A stretch of DNA of 24,393 bases from Azolla caroliniana (taxonomy: Eukaryota > Plantae > Polypodiophyta). Positions within the stretch are counted from its first letter, which is position 1. Every line of letters starts with the position of its first letter. Below are positions 1-9,300 of the stretch, piece after piece. The stretch is taken from NCBI GenBank assembly GCA_043228905.1, contig JBHGNT010000458.1:1-24393 (forward strand). The letters are read 5' to 3'. The notes beneath the pieces are model-generated. The model saw nothing but the letters and a program-made list of their open reading frames with translations, was not told the DNA's origin and ran no database searches. The translations under genes and the position numbers were made by a program.

Positions 1-3000
1 CGAAGACCACAATGAAGAAAACGGCATACCGGCAAGGAAGAGCCGGATAAAAACAAGGGATTGCTCCTCGTTGTCGGCCTCGACTTGGATCACATAAGGT
101 TTGTCGTCGGTCCGCTTCTTGAAAATCTTCACCCGCTTCCCGGCTATAGGCACTCGTAGTATTGTTCCATCCAACTCGGACAGTCGGTACGTCCCGTTGT
201 CGAAGACCTTCCGAACCTCGTACGGCCCGAACCACCTTTTCGCGAATTTCCGCATCGTTGTATGTTGATGGTCCAAGCTACTATCATAGACGATCACCCA
301 ATCTCCTTCTTCAATCCTCCTCGGTCGTAGTCGGTGCTTTGTGTCGAACCGGCTTTTGTTCCGGAACCGTGCTTCTTGTTGTCGGCGTGACGCTTCCGCT
401 ACATCTTTCGGTCTTCCCTCCAGTTGTCGTATCCGGACCGCTAGTAGTTCTTCCCGGCTCATCTCTTCCTTCCACGGTAGTATTGTCCATGTCGCGATTG
501 CGGTTTCCGTTGGCATTACCGGTGCTTGTCCGGTCATGAGTTCTGCCGGCATGTAACCGGTCACGGAGCTATGCGTCGTCCGATCCGCCCGTAGTGCATA
601 CGGAAGCATTTGTGGCCAATCCTTCACCCTTCCGTCGCATGCCTTCGCAAGTGCTTTCACGATCGGACTATGTCCTCGTTCGATCTTCCCGTTGGCCTCC
701 GGATTGTAGGCCGTTGTCAACGTTAACCGAACTCCATGTTTGGCGAAGAATCCCCTAGCTTTGTCCGAGTCGAGTTCTCCCCGGTCCGCAATCACTTGTC
801 CTACGCAGCCGTACCTACAAAACACTTCTTCCAAAAGAAATTGGCACACCGCGGCACACGTTTTCCTCCGAAGCGCCCGACCTTCAACTTGGTTTGTGAG
901 ATCTTCTCGAGCTAACACCAAGTATTTCTTTTGTCCAATCCCGGTCGGCATAGCTACAATGTCGACCATCCACTTGAAGTTGATTGTCGGTGAGAATGTC
1001 GGATGCAGCTCATCTCGGTGTCGGACCCCGGAGTAGACTTGACATTTCTCGCAGCTTTCTGTGAACTCCGCGACATCTTTATACATGTTCTTCCACCAAT
1101 ATCTTTGCTTGATTTTCACAAAAGTTGCCCATGTTCCTCGATGTCCAGCCCAATCGGATTCGTGGAACTCGGACATTATCCGGTTTCGTTGCTCTTTCGT
1201 CCCGACTACTCGAAGTGGTATCCCATCCGGTCTTTTCGGCGTCCTCCATATTAAACCGTTTTCCAAGAAGAACTTTTGGACTTGCCTCTTCATCCTTCGG
1301 ATCTCGGCTCTCCTTTCTTTATCATTGGTTGAATCCTCGACCTCTTGTAGCATCTTCCCGATCATCAAGGTTTCCCCCTCGTATTCTTCTTCCCGGAATT
1401 CTCGGATCACGTTCACTCGGCATATGTGTTCTGACGTGAAGTAGTCTTCGGAAACTTCTTCATTATCTGATTCGGTTATGTCGTCTTCAAACCGCGCCCT
1501 CGATAACATGTCCGCTACCGCGTTGTCCTTCCCCGAGATGTGTCGAACCTCCGGATTAAGTGACTTGACATATGCAATCCACCTTAGCATAGCCACATCC
1601 GGTATCGTACAACACCGCATCATCCCGAGTATCGGAAGACAATCCGTCTCGATCACCACTTCAGCTCCGATCAAATAATCCCGATCCGATTTTATCGCCG
1701 ACACGACTCCCCACAATTCTCTTTTGATTTGTGCATATCCGCGTTGCCTTTCGTTGAGGACCTTTGCTCCAAATCGGATCGGATACCGCGAACCATCCGA
1801 GTCGGCTTGATTGATGACCCACCCGATACCGGTTGGACTTGTATCAACCGTTACTATGATTGGCCGCTCGTAGCTTGGCTTCTTAAGTGATTCCGCCCTC
1901 CATAGTGTCTTCTTGAGCTTCCTCATGGCTTTAGTGTGTTCCGGTTTCCACTCGAATTTCTTACCTTTCCGCAACAAGTGATAGAGCGGGTCCGCTATAT
2001 GTGCATAGTGCGGAATCCATATGTGATAGAATGCACACGCACCTAGAAACCTTCGGACTTCCGATGTTGACTCACATACTTCCTTCATAGCTTGAATCGC
2101 ATCGATCTTTGTTGGTGACGGTCTTCGGCCGTAGGGTCCACATAGATGTCCGACCACCAATATTTCTTCTTGCCCGAATGCCGATTTCTCCCCGGAAAGT
2201 GTTAGGTGCACATCTTCTAGCTTTCGCAACACTTTCTCGCAATCATGAATATGGTCGACCACGAACTTTCGGCATCCCCGATCATCCATAGTCTCATCTT
2301 TTTCTTCCACCGCGCATCCTTTCATCGGAATGTCATCTAGAAACGGCATCGTTATCTCCGGGATGCAATCTCGAAGCACCTTGTTCATCGCGTTCATCAT
2401 ATGTGCAACCGAGTTTGTCGCTCCTTGTGGTAGTGTGCACATTCGAACTAGTCCTATCGGTGTCCGCATGGTAGTGATGTCTCGGCTCTCCACGGCTAGT
2501 TGGAATTGGTCATACCCCGAGTATAGGTCCCCGATGGAGTATATCGCACGTCCGGCAAAAGCTTCCGCGAATTCGTCCACTATCGGACCGACTCCCGAGT
2601 TCCGGATCGTGACCTTGTTCACCGGTTGCAAGTCTTGGATGAATCGGAGTGACCCATTCTTCTTCGGAACCGTAAACCATCGATTTGAGTACGGAGCACT
2701 TGATGGCTCTAGAATCCCCATCGCCACCTTCTCCTTGAGCAAGTCGATGACTTTCGGAATATGCGCCCGTGGCACCGGAATCGGCTTCAGGTTCCACGGT
2801 ACATGATCAATCGTGAAAATCACCATCGGCTCCACTATCTTTGGATCAATGCACCCGATCTCCCTCGATGTGAACGCGAATGCTTTGCCATGTTGCTCCA
2901 ACATCTCTCGAAACCGTTTTTCTTCTTCTTGTAAGAGGAACCCACCTCCACCGATCCGAAGTTTCTTCCGGGTCTCATCTGTGAAGGCATGTCCGATATC

Positions 3001-3501
3001 CACGGTCTTCCGAAGTGTCGGATCTCCCGAGACTTCTTTCCTCTTTTGTTCGCTATCGGCGGGTAGTGGTCCCGCGGCCGGTTTCACCTTCTTCTCCACG
3101 GTCTTGTATTTCGTACTTACCATTGCTTCTTCTTTGCTGAGCGCATCCGGCCCCATTTTCGCAACGATCTCGTACATCTCGACCGATTCCACCGGGACTA
3201 CCCGGTTCCCTTGGCTTTTATCTTTCGCAAGCTCTTCAAGCCGTTGTAGTGTATTCCCATAGAACACTTCCTCGATCACTCCCACGATTTCTTCGTCTTC
3301 TTTTATTATTGATGCCGACCGTAACTTATCCTCCACTTGTCGGTATTGTTTCTTCATTCCTCCGGTTACGGCCGTGTACGTAGATGCCCCATCCGGGCCG
3401 ATTCGTACTTGTTTTGCTCCGAGAGTTTTCTTCCTGTGTGGGGTATCAGGGCTTCTCGGACTATCACTTCCCCACTCCGCAACAGTCCGCTTTAAAAATC
3501 C
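1..3501 (-). CDS. pol: Gypsy A Pol (RT-RNase H-integrase) in the -1 frame to gag-PR; open to the window edge, stop not in window
   Basis: Manual translation gives GFLKRTVAEWG...TKYKTVEKKVKP...DLYSGYDQF...LPQGATNS...PFLDDIP (RT), VDTSPTGIGW (RH), YNPEANGKIERGH and RWFGPY (IN). Same frame at 3501 and 180. Probably absent from the ORF track because no stop occurs before position 1. Confidence 0.9.
3438..3501 (-). promoter_or_regulatory. Putative -1 programmed ribosomal frameshift signal (G GAU UUU heptamer, 5-nt spacer, H-type pseudoknot)
   Basis: GGATTTT at 3501-3495 directly before the TAA stop. Stem CGGACTGTTGC/GTGATAGTCCG; loop GTGGGG is complementary to downstream CCCCAC. Pol continues in the -1 frame. 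Confidence 0.75.
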
Positions 3502-5531
3502 ATTCTCACTTGGGACAAGAGTTCCCTCTTGTTCCTTTCGTGATTTGCCGGCACCGTTAGGAATTGGACGGATTTCCCTCCGTTTTGGCTCCGAATTCGC
3601 GCAAAAGCCGCACCACTATCGAGCACCTTCGTCTCCATCCGTGAAGCCGTGATAAAGGGTTGGCCGAGGATGACAGAATGTGAAACCTCATCCTGCACAA
3701 AGAAATTTTGGTCAATTTCTACATCCCCGATCTTTACCGTCACATCCGGACAAGCCGCAAATAGGTCTTCCGTCGTTTTCGTGGCTGCCCGAATCTTCCA
3801 TCCATGGTTGGTGTTTATAGGCCACTTCCCCTTTCGGTAGAACTCCTTGGACATCAAGTTGATCTCCGATCCGTGATCAATCAATGCTAGCACGGGTTCT
3901 TTGATGTTGCCGATTCGGACCGGAGTCTCCGTAGTCGCACGTGCCCAGTGTGGCCTTGTATAGTGGGAGTTCGGAATTTCGCCTTCCACTTCGGTGTCGT
4001 TCATTGAAACGGTATTTGCATTCACCCTTGGAGCATTTTCCTCCGTACTTTGTCTCTTCCTTTTCACGAGATCCACGAGAAGATCGTGAAACTCCTTCTT
4101 CGCTATTCCGAGTAGTTCCCGCAGCGAAAAATCTACCCGGCTATCCAAGATTCTTTCCTCGAACACTCTTTTCAAGTCGGTTTGTTGTTCTATGTCCGAG
4201 GCGAGCTTGAATGCCGGAGTCGCCTTTTCTTTTCCCTTACCTCCGGAGTTCCAGCTTTCCGGTATCTTCGATGGTCCGGCCGCATCCTCCGTGCGCCGTC
4301 GTTTCTCGTCCACATACACCTCATGTAATTGACACAGGGCGTATATGCTATTCTTGTCGACAGGGCACTCCCATCCCGTAGCTTCCCGGACGCCTTCCGC
4401 GGTGTTTCGGATATCGTTGGAGTCGGTTTTCTCGGTGTTTCCTAGCACCTCCGGCCAGAAAGACGCCTTCGCTCCCGATGACTCCCCGACACATATTCCC
4501 GCGGTTGTCGCATAGTTGCTTCTTGCCGCTAACTCCTCCTCGAGCACCTTCTTCATGCCGCCTTTCCGGAAGTTCGGTCGGAGTGGCTTCCGAGAGTCCA
4601 TCGAATGAATCCGGTTTCCCTCGTAGTAGATGAGATCCCGTCGTAGCGCCTCCTTATGGTCGTCGCAATCCCTCCGATCGTGTTCGGCGCTGTCGCACCA
4701 TATGCACCGTCGATCCGTATATTTGGAGCTTGTGGGGCGGTCATCCGACTTCTTCACCATCGCGATCTTTAGATTCTCCATCTCCTTCAGCAGCTGCTCC
4801 ACCGTAGACGCGTCGACTCCCTTCTCGGCCGTAATCTCCCGAGCCCTCGGTTGATGGTCTTCCAGTCCCGTTCTCGGTTTCGGAATCGGTTCCGAAACCC
4901 TCTTTTCTTCGTTGGCAAGCCATTGCCCCCTCTTCGTGTACCGCGCGACGATATCCCGCACGCTTTCCCATGTTTCGGTGAGGCCGCTTTCGGTGGTCGC
5001 GTCCTCAAGAAGCACTCCGAGATCTTTCCGGTCCCGGACGTCCACAGCTCGCAAAAACATGATGACTTTGTCCGGCGCAAGTATAGTTTGATCTCTCGCG
5101 GACAACCTCCCGAACCGACTTTCGAATGTCGAAAACACTTCGAGGACCTTCAACCCCTTACCTGACGTTTCCACCCAATCCTCGAATCCCCTCCGCGTTG
5201 CCTTGGAGGAGTCCTCGATGGCAAACGTGGTCTTTAACGCCTCTTCGAATGCTTCCCACGTCGGATTTTGTTGTTGCAACCCGTGGATACTCCCTTGAAG
5301 CCCGTCGGTCGCCACCCGGTTAAAGGATGTCACTTGCAGTCCTTCCGAAGCCCGGCACCGGAGCATCTCCGCCTTGTAGTCCTGCAAATATCGCGACACA
5401 TCCTTACCATTAAATTGCCCGTTGCGTTGCACGAGCCGCTCTACTGATGCCGAAATCTCCGACATCGTGCGTTGTTCTTGAAGCATCCGTTCGAACATCG
5501 CCATCATATTGTTAGCTTGTTGAGCCTCCAT
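3492..5531 (-). CDS. gag: Gypsy A Gag-protease polyprotein
   Basis: Track ORF 3492..5618; the first ATG after the PBS is at 5531 (MEAQQANN). Zinc knuckle CIWCDSAEHDRRDC, aspartic-protease-like ALIDHGSEINLM and VILGQPF. Confidence 0.9.
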   Translation of the reverse strand: MEAQQANNMMAMFERMLQEQRTMSEISASVERLVQRNGQFNGKDVSRYLQDYKAEMLRCRASEGLQVTSFNRVATDGLQGSIHGLQQQNPTWEAFEEALKTTFAIEDSSKATRRGFEDWVETSGKGLKVLEVFSTFESRFGRLSARDQTILAPDKVIMFLRAVDVRDRKDLGVLLEDATTESGLTETWESVRDIVARYTKRGQWLANEEKRVSEPIPKPRTGLEDHQPRAREITAEKGVDASTVEQLLKEMENLKIAMVKKSDDRPTSSKYTDRRCIWCDSAEHDRRDCDDHKEALRRDLIYYEGNRIHSMDSRKPLRPNFRKGGMKKVLEEELAARSNYATTAGICVGESSGAKASFWPEVLGNTEKTDSNDIRNTAEGVREATGWECPVDKNSIYALCQLHEVYVDEKRRRTEDAAGPSKIPESWNSGGKGKEKATPAFKLASDIEQQTDLKRVFEERILDSRVDFSLRELLGIAKKEFHDLLVDLVKRKRQSTEENAPRVNANTVSMNDTEVEGEIPNSHYTRPHWARATTETPVRIGNIKEPVLALIDHGSEINLMSKEFYRKGKWPINTNHGWKIRAATKTTEDLFAACPDVTVKIGDVEIDQNFFVQDEVSHSVILGQPFITASRMETKVLDSGAAFARIRSQNGGKSVQFLTVPANHERNKRELLSQVRMDF

Positions 5532-5547
5532 CTCCTTGCCACCCGTT

Positions 5548-5565
5548 TTCACGTCGGGTTCACCA
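5548..5565 (-). promoter_or_regulatory. Primer-binding site complementary to the tRNA-Trp 3' end (element A)
   Basis: Minus strand TGGTGAACCCGACGTGAA is the complement of the plant tRNA-Trp end TTCACGTCGGGTTCACCA (tRNA recalled from memory). Identical 18-mer in element D. Confidence 0.85.
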
Positions 5566-5847
5566 ACTGTGTCGTGCCTTTCGGCTCCGGATCGTTGCGT
5601 GAGTCGGGTGGGAACCACAGAGGTCTTGGACTAGGAGAAAAAAGTTCGTGAGATAGAGATTAATTATGAGTAAATAGCAAAGAGAAAGATAAGAAACTCG
5701 TGAATCACACGAGTATACTATATTAATTGGTACTTAGGGTGTTAAGAGAGAAGTAGACGTATAAATCGTGAATCCCACGAATAATTTTTGTATTGATTAA
5801 TTCTTAATCCAAAAAAATCAACAACACTTTACATATTTCTCTCCTCC

Positions 5848-5855
5848 TTATATAA
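5848..5855 (-). promoter_or_regulatory. Putative TATA box of LTR A
   Basis: TTATATAA followed on the minus strand by GGAGGAGAG; equivalent position and context to TATAAAAGAGGG in the D LTRs. Confidence 0.55.
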
Positions 5856-6105
5856 GGGAGGAAGAGCTAAGCATGGCTTCATGCTTTTTTTTTTTTTACA
5901 AAAAGTGTTCATGTCACTAAATGTGCATGTGATGCTTTTTTATTTCCGAAGTATAGGGCTCATGCACGCTAGATGTGCATGAGTTATTTTTAGTGTCTCG
6001 TGTTTTTCTTTTTCATATATTAAAAAAATACACGATTTACCTTTTAATAAAGGTATGCATAAATAAAGGTCTTATACGTATTAAATCTATATTTAAAACA
6101 CTTAA

Positions 6106-6203
6106 AATAAGTTAATGTAATGGTAAGGTTGGGGTTTGTCAACGTGGAGGTGCAGAGTTCGAATCACGCCCTGTGCAGTAGTGAGTATTTCCTTTTTTTT
6201 TTT
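6106..6203 (+). ncRNA. tRNA-like Pol III module in LTR A (A box, B box, oligo-T); not a functional tRNA
   Basis: TAATGTAATGG at 6113-6123, GAGTTCGAATC at 6155-6165 at tRNA spacing, T11 run at 6193-6203. No acceptor or anticodon stems. Confidence 0.6.
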
Positions 6204-6225
6204 ACATTTATGTCTCTTTATCCGG

Positions 6226-6308
6226 CTCTTCCTTGCCGGTATGCCGTTTTCCTCCTTGCCGGTATGCGGTTTTCCTCCTTGCCGGTATGCCGTATGCCGT
6301 TTTCTTCC
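6226..6308. repeat. Tandem array of ~23-bp unit CCTCCTTGCCGGTATGCCGTTTT (~3.5 copies) in LTR A U3
   Basis: Directly visible. Confidence 0.85.
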
Positions 6309-6388
6309 GTTTCTCACCGAGCACTCCATTTTCTATCCAGAGGGACAAAAATATAATTTCCACATAGTGTGCAACCTACACTACGACA

Positions 6389-9300
6389 ACGTACTTCATG
6401 TTCCGACAATCACAAAGAACTTGGTGTTGGTCGGACAAATCTTCGACCAGGGAATGCAGGTGTGGTTTACGCAACTCAGGTGCTTCATCAAGGAAGAGGG
6501 TCGGATAATCGCGCAAGGGCACAAAGATGGGAGGATGTTCGTCCTCAACACCAATGATGTAGGCATCGCCTTGTTCGCCAAAGGACAGAAGACTTAATCG
6601 GACATTGATCTCTAGCACAAGCGGATCGACCACGTCAACTACCGGAGGCTTGAAGACATGCAATCGAAATAGGTTGTGTTCTCGGATTGCCGAAATTAAG
6701 TGGCCGGAAGGCCCAAATATGTGAAGCCTGCCAACTCGGCAACCAACACCGGCTTCCATTCCCCAGTGAACAAAACCGGAGTCGTAACAAGCTCGACTCA
6801 ATCCATTTAGATGTATGGGGACCGACACAAAACGTTAGTCTTGGTGGGAGTCGGTATTTTGTCTCCTTTATCGACGACTACAGCCGGCACACATGGATCT
6901 ATCTATTGAGAGGAAAAGTGAAGCCTTCGATTGTTTCCGGAATCTACAAAGCCTACTTCAGAGGGAAACAAAAAGAAAGATCAAGTGCCTGCGGTTGGAT
7001 GGAGGAAAATAAAACTTTTTTGGCCAATTCAACAGTTATCTACATTAAAAAGGAATTCGGTGAGAATTCAGTTGCCGATACACACCGGAACAAAACGGTG
7101 TGGCTGAGAGAAAGAACTGGTCGATTATCGATGCGACAAGGGCATTGCTGGAGGAGAAAAGCATGCCCGGATTTTACGGGGCTGAGACGGTCCGGATGGC
7201 CATCTACATCCAAAACTGGATCGGAGATAAGGTGTCAGCACATGAGCTGTATTTCAGGCGGAAGCCGAATTTGAGACACCTTCGGATATTTGGTAGCATA
7301 ACATATGTGCATATACCAGATGAGAAGCGGAGGAAGTTGGATCCGAAGTCGGAGAAGTGCATACTCGTCGGCTACACACATAAACATAAGGAGTATAAGT
7401 GTTATAACCCTCGGACTAAATAGGTTCGAGTAAGTCGAGATGTCGAGTTTGATGAGTCGGCATCATGGTACTCTCTATTGACTCCAACTCTCGATGAAGA
7501 CCCGATTCCGGAGGATGAGGCTAGTGAACCCTGAGAGCTTCAGGTAGAAGATGAAGAATTCTGTACTCTAGAAGAGAGTTTGATCTCCTTTCGGCTGAGC
7601 GGGTCAAACAATGGACTGAGTCGGAATGATCAGTCAGATGAAGAACCATCGAGTAGTGGAGACTCTATTGTGCTCTCCTGACGCAAGAAACCAAGGAAAC
7701 GGTTCACGCGCAAAGACAATAGGAAGAAGAAGATATCAGGATACGACACCGGCAGTGAAGGGTCAGATCGAAGAGAATTTGACTCCGGAAAGGATGAAGG
7801 CGGAAATTCAAAAATGAAGTCCGAACTGGCCAAGAAGGGCCTAAAACTGGCTGCTGAAAAATTTGTGTCGGTCAACCTGCCAAAAGATCCTCGTAAAACG
7901 GTACGGATACAATGAGTACATGGAGCATCACTATGTGTACATGACCAAGGTGGCGGAAGTGCGTGAGCCAAAGAGCTACGCAGAAGCAACGAAAGACGCA
8001 AATTGGCATGCTACTATGGAGGAAGAAATGCGGGCACTCGATACCAACGACACATGGGACCTAGTGGACCCTTCCCGTCATTGTAAACCGATCGGTTGCA
8101 AATGGGCATATAAAGTAAAGTACAATGCTGATGGTTCGGTCAATCGGTACAAGGCCCGGTTAGTGGTGAAGGGATGAGCATAAACCTAGGGAATTGACTA
8201 CGACGAGACCTTCACTCTAGTAGCGAAGATGATGACGGTTCGTGTGGTACTAGCTGTTGCTGCGGCAAGGGGATGACATCTTCACCAAATGGACGTGAAG
8301 AATGTGTTTTTTCAAGGTGACCTTGAAGAACGGGTCTACATGATCCAACCCCCCGGTTTTGAATCGGAGCTGAACAGGTCGGCGGTGTGCCGACTCAAAA
8401 AGTCACTTTATGCTCTAAAGCAAGCCCCTTGAGCTTGGAATTCGAAAATCATGCACTGGTTACGTAAGATGGGATTTGCAGCCTCAAAGTCTGACTCTTC
8501 ACTGTTCATGCGGAAAGGTTCAGACGGTTGGGTTTGTATCCTACTATATGTCGATGATCTAGTTATCACCGGACTCGGACTCCATGAAATCGGCCGAGTG
8601 AAGTCCCAGTAGTTGGACGCATTTGAAATGAAGAACCTGGGGGACCTTCATTATTTTCTTGGGATTGAGGTGATCCGCACCCCCGACGGCACATTGCTCT
8701 CACAACGCCATTATGTATTGAATATGTTGTACAAGTTCGGTATGACGGAATGCTGACCGATCTCCACACCCCTGGACCTGAACCTGAAGCTACGTCCCGA
8801 CTCTGGACCGGCTTGCAATGAGAAACAATTCCGCAAATGGTCGGAAACCTTATCTACTTGACAATCACCCGACTCGACATCAGTTATCTGGTCGGAGTGA
8901 TCAACCAGTTTATGCAGAACCCGATCGTGGAACACCTTCAGTGCGCGCATCGACTATTGCGATATGTGAGCGGCACGAAATACCAGGGACCGTTACACCG
9001 ACACAGTATAGCTGGGAAGCTAGTCGGCTATACGGATGCCGACTGGGCCGGTGATGCATCAGATTGCCGATCCACCTCCGGTTATATGTTCTCTCTTGGT
9101 AGCGCGGTGTTGCATGGAGCACCAAAAAGCAGCCAACAGTGGCTCTGTCGAGCACTAAGCTGGAATACCGGGGCACTACCATTGCCACCTATGAAGCCAT
9201 TTGGCTTCAACAACTACTGTGAGACCTCCGGATCAAGGTGACGACCCCGATCCTGATCTACTATGACAACATAAGCAGCATACAACTCACCAAGAACCCT

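Larger units (their letters stand above)
1..6388 (-). mobile_element. Ty3/Gypsy LTR retrotransposon A; 3' end outside the window; inserted into Copia B
   Basis: Minus-strand order LTR, PBS, gag (CCHC knuckle), PR, RT, RNase H, IN is the Gypsy domain order. The LTR ends ...ACGACA at 6388, directly before Copia coding sequence. Confidence 0.95.
5570..6388 (-). repeat. 5' LTR of Gypsy A (~819 bp)
   Basis: Bounded by TGTCGT...ACGACA (same terminal hexamer as the D LTRs), adjacent to the PBS on one side and Copia coding sequence on the other. Partner LTR is outside the window. Confidence 0.8.

Noticed and set aside
162-5323. Numerous plus-strand ORFs (also 15471-21243 and 22129-24310)
   Set aside because: Antisense shadows of gag/pol with no recognisable domains.
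5532-5618. N-terminal 29 aa of the 708-aa ORF
   Set aside because: GTG start inside the LTR reading through the PBS; homology with D supports the ATG at 5531.
6102-6597. ORFs spanning LTR A and Copia B
   Set aside because: Chance fusion across the insertion junction and repeat-derived low-complexity peptide.
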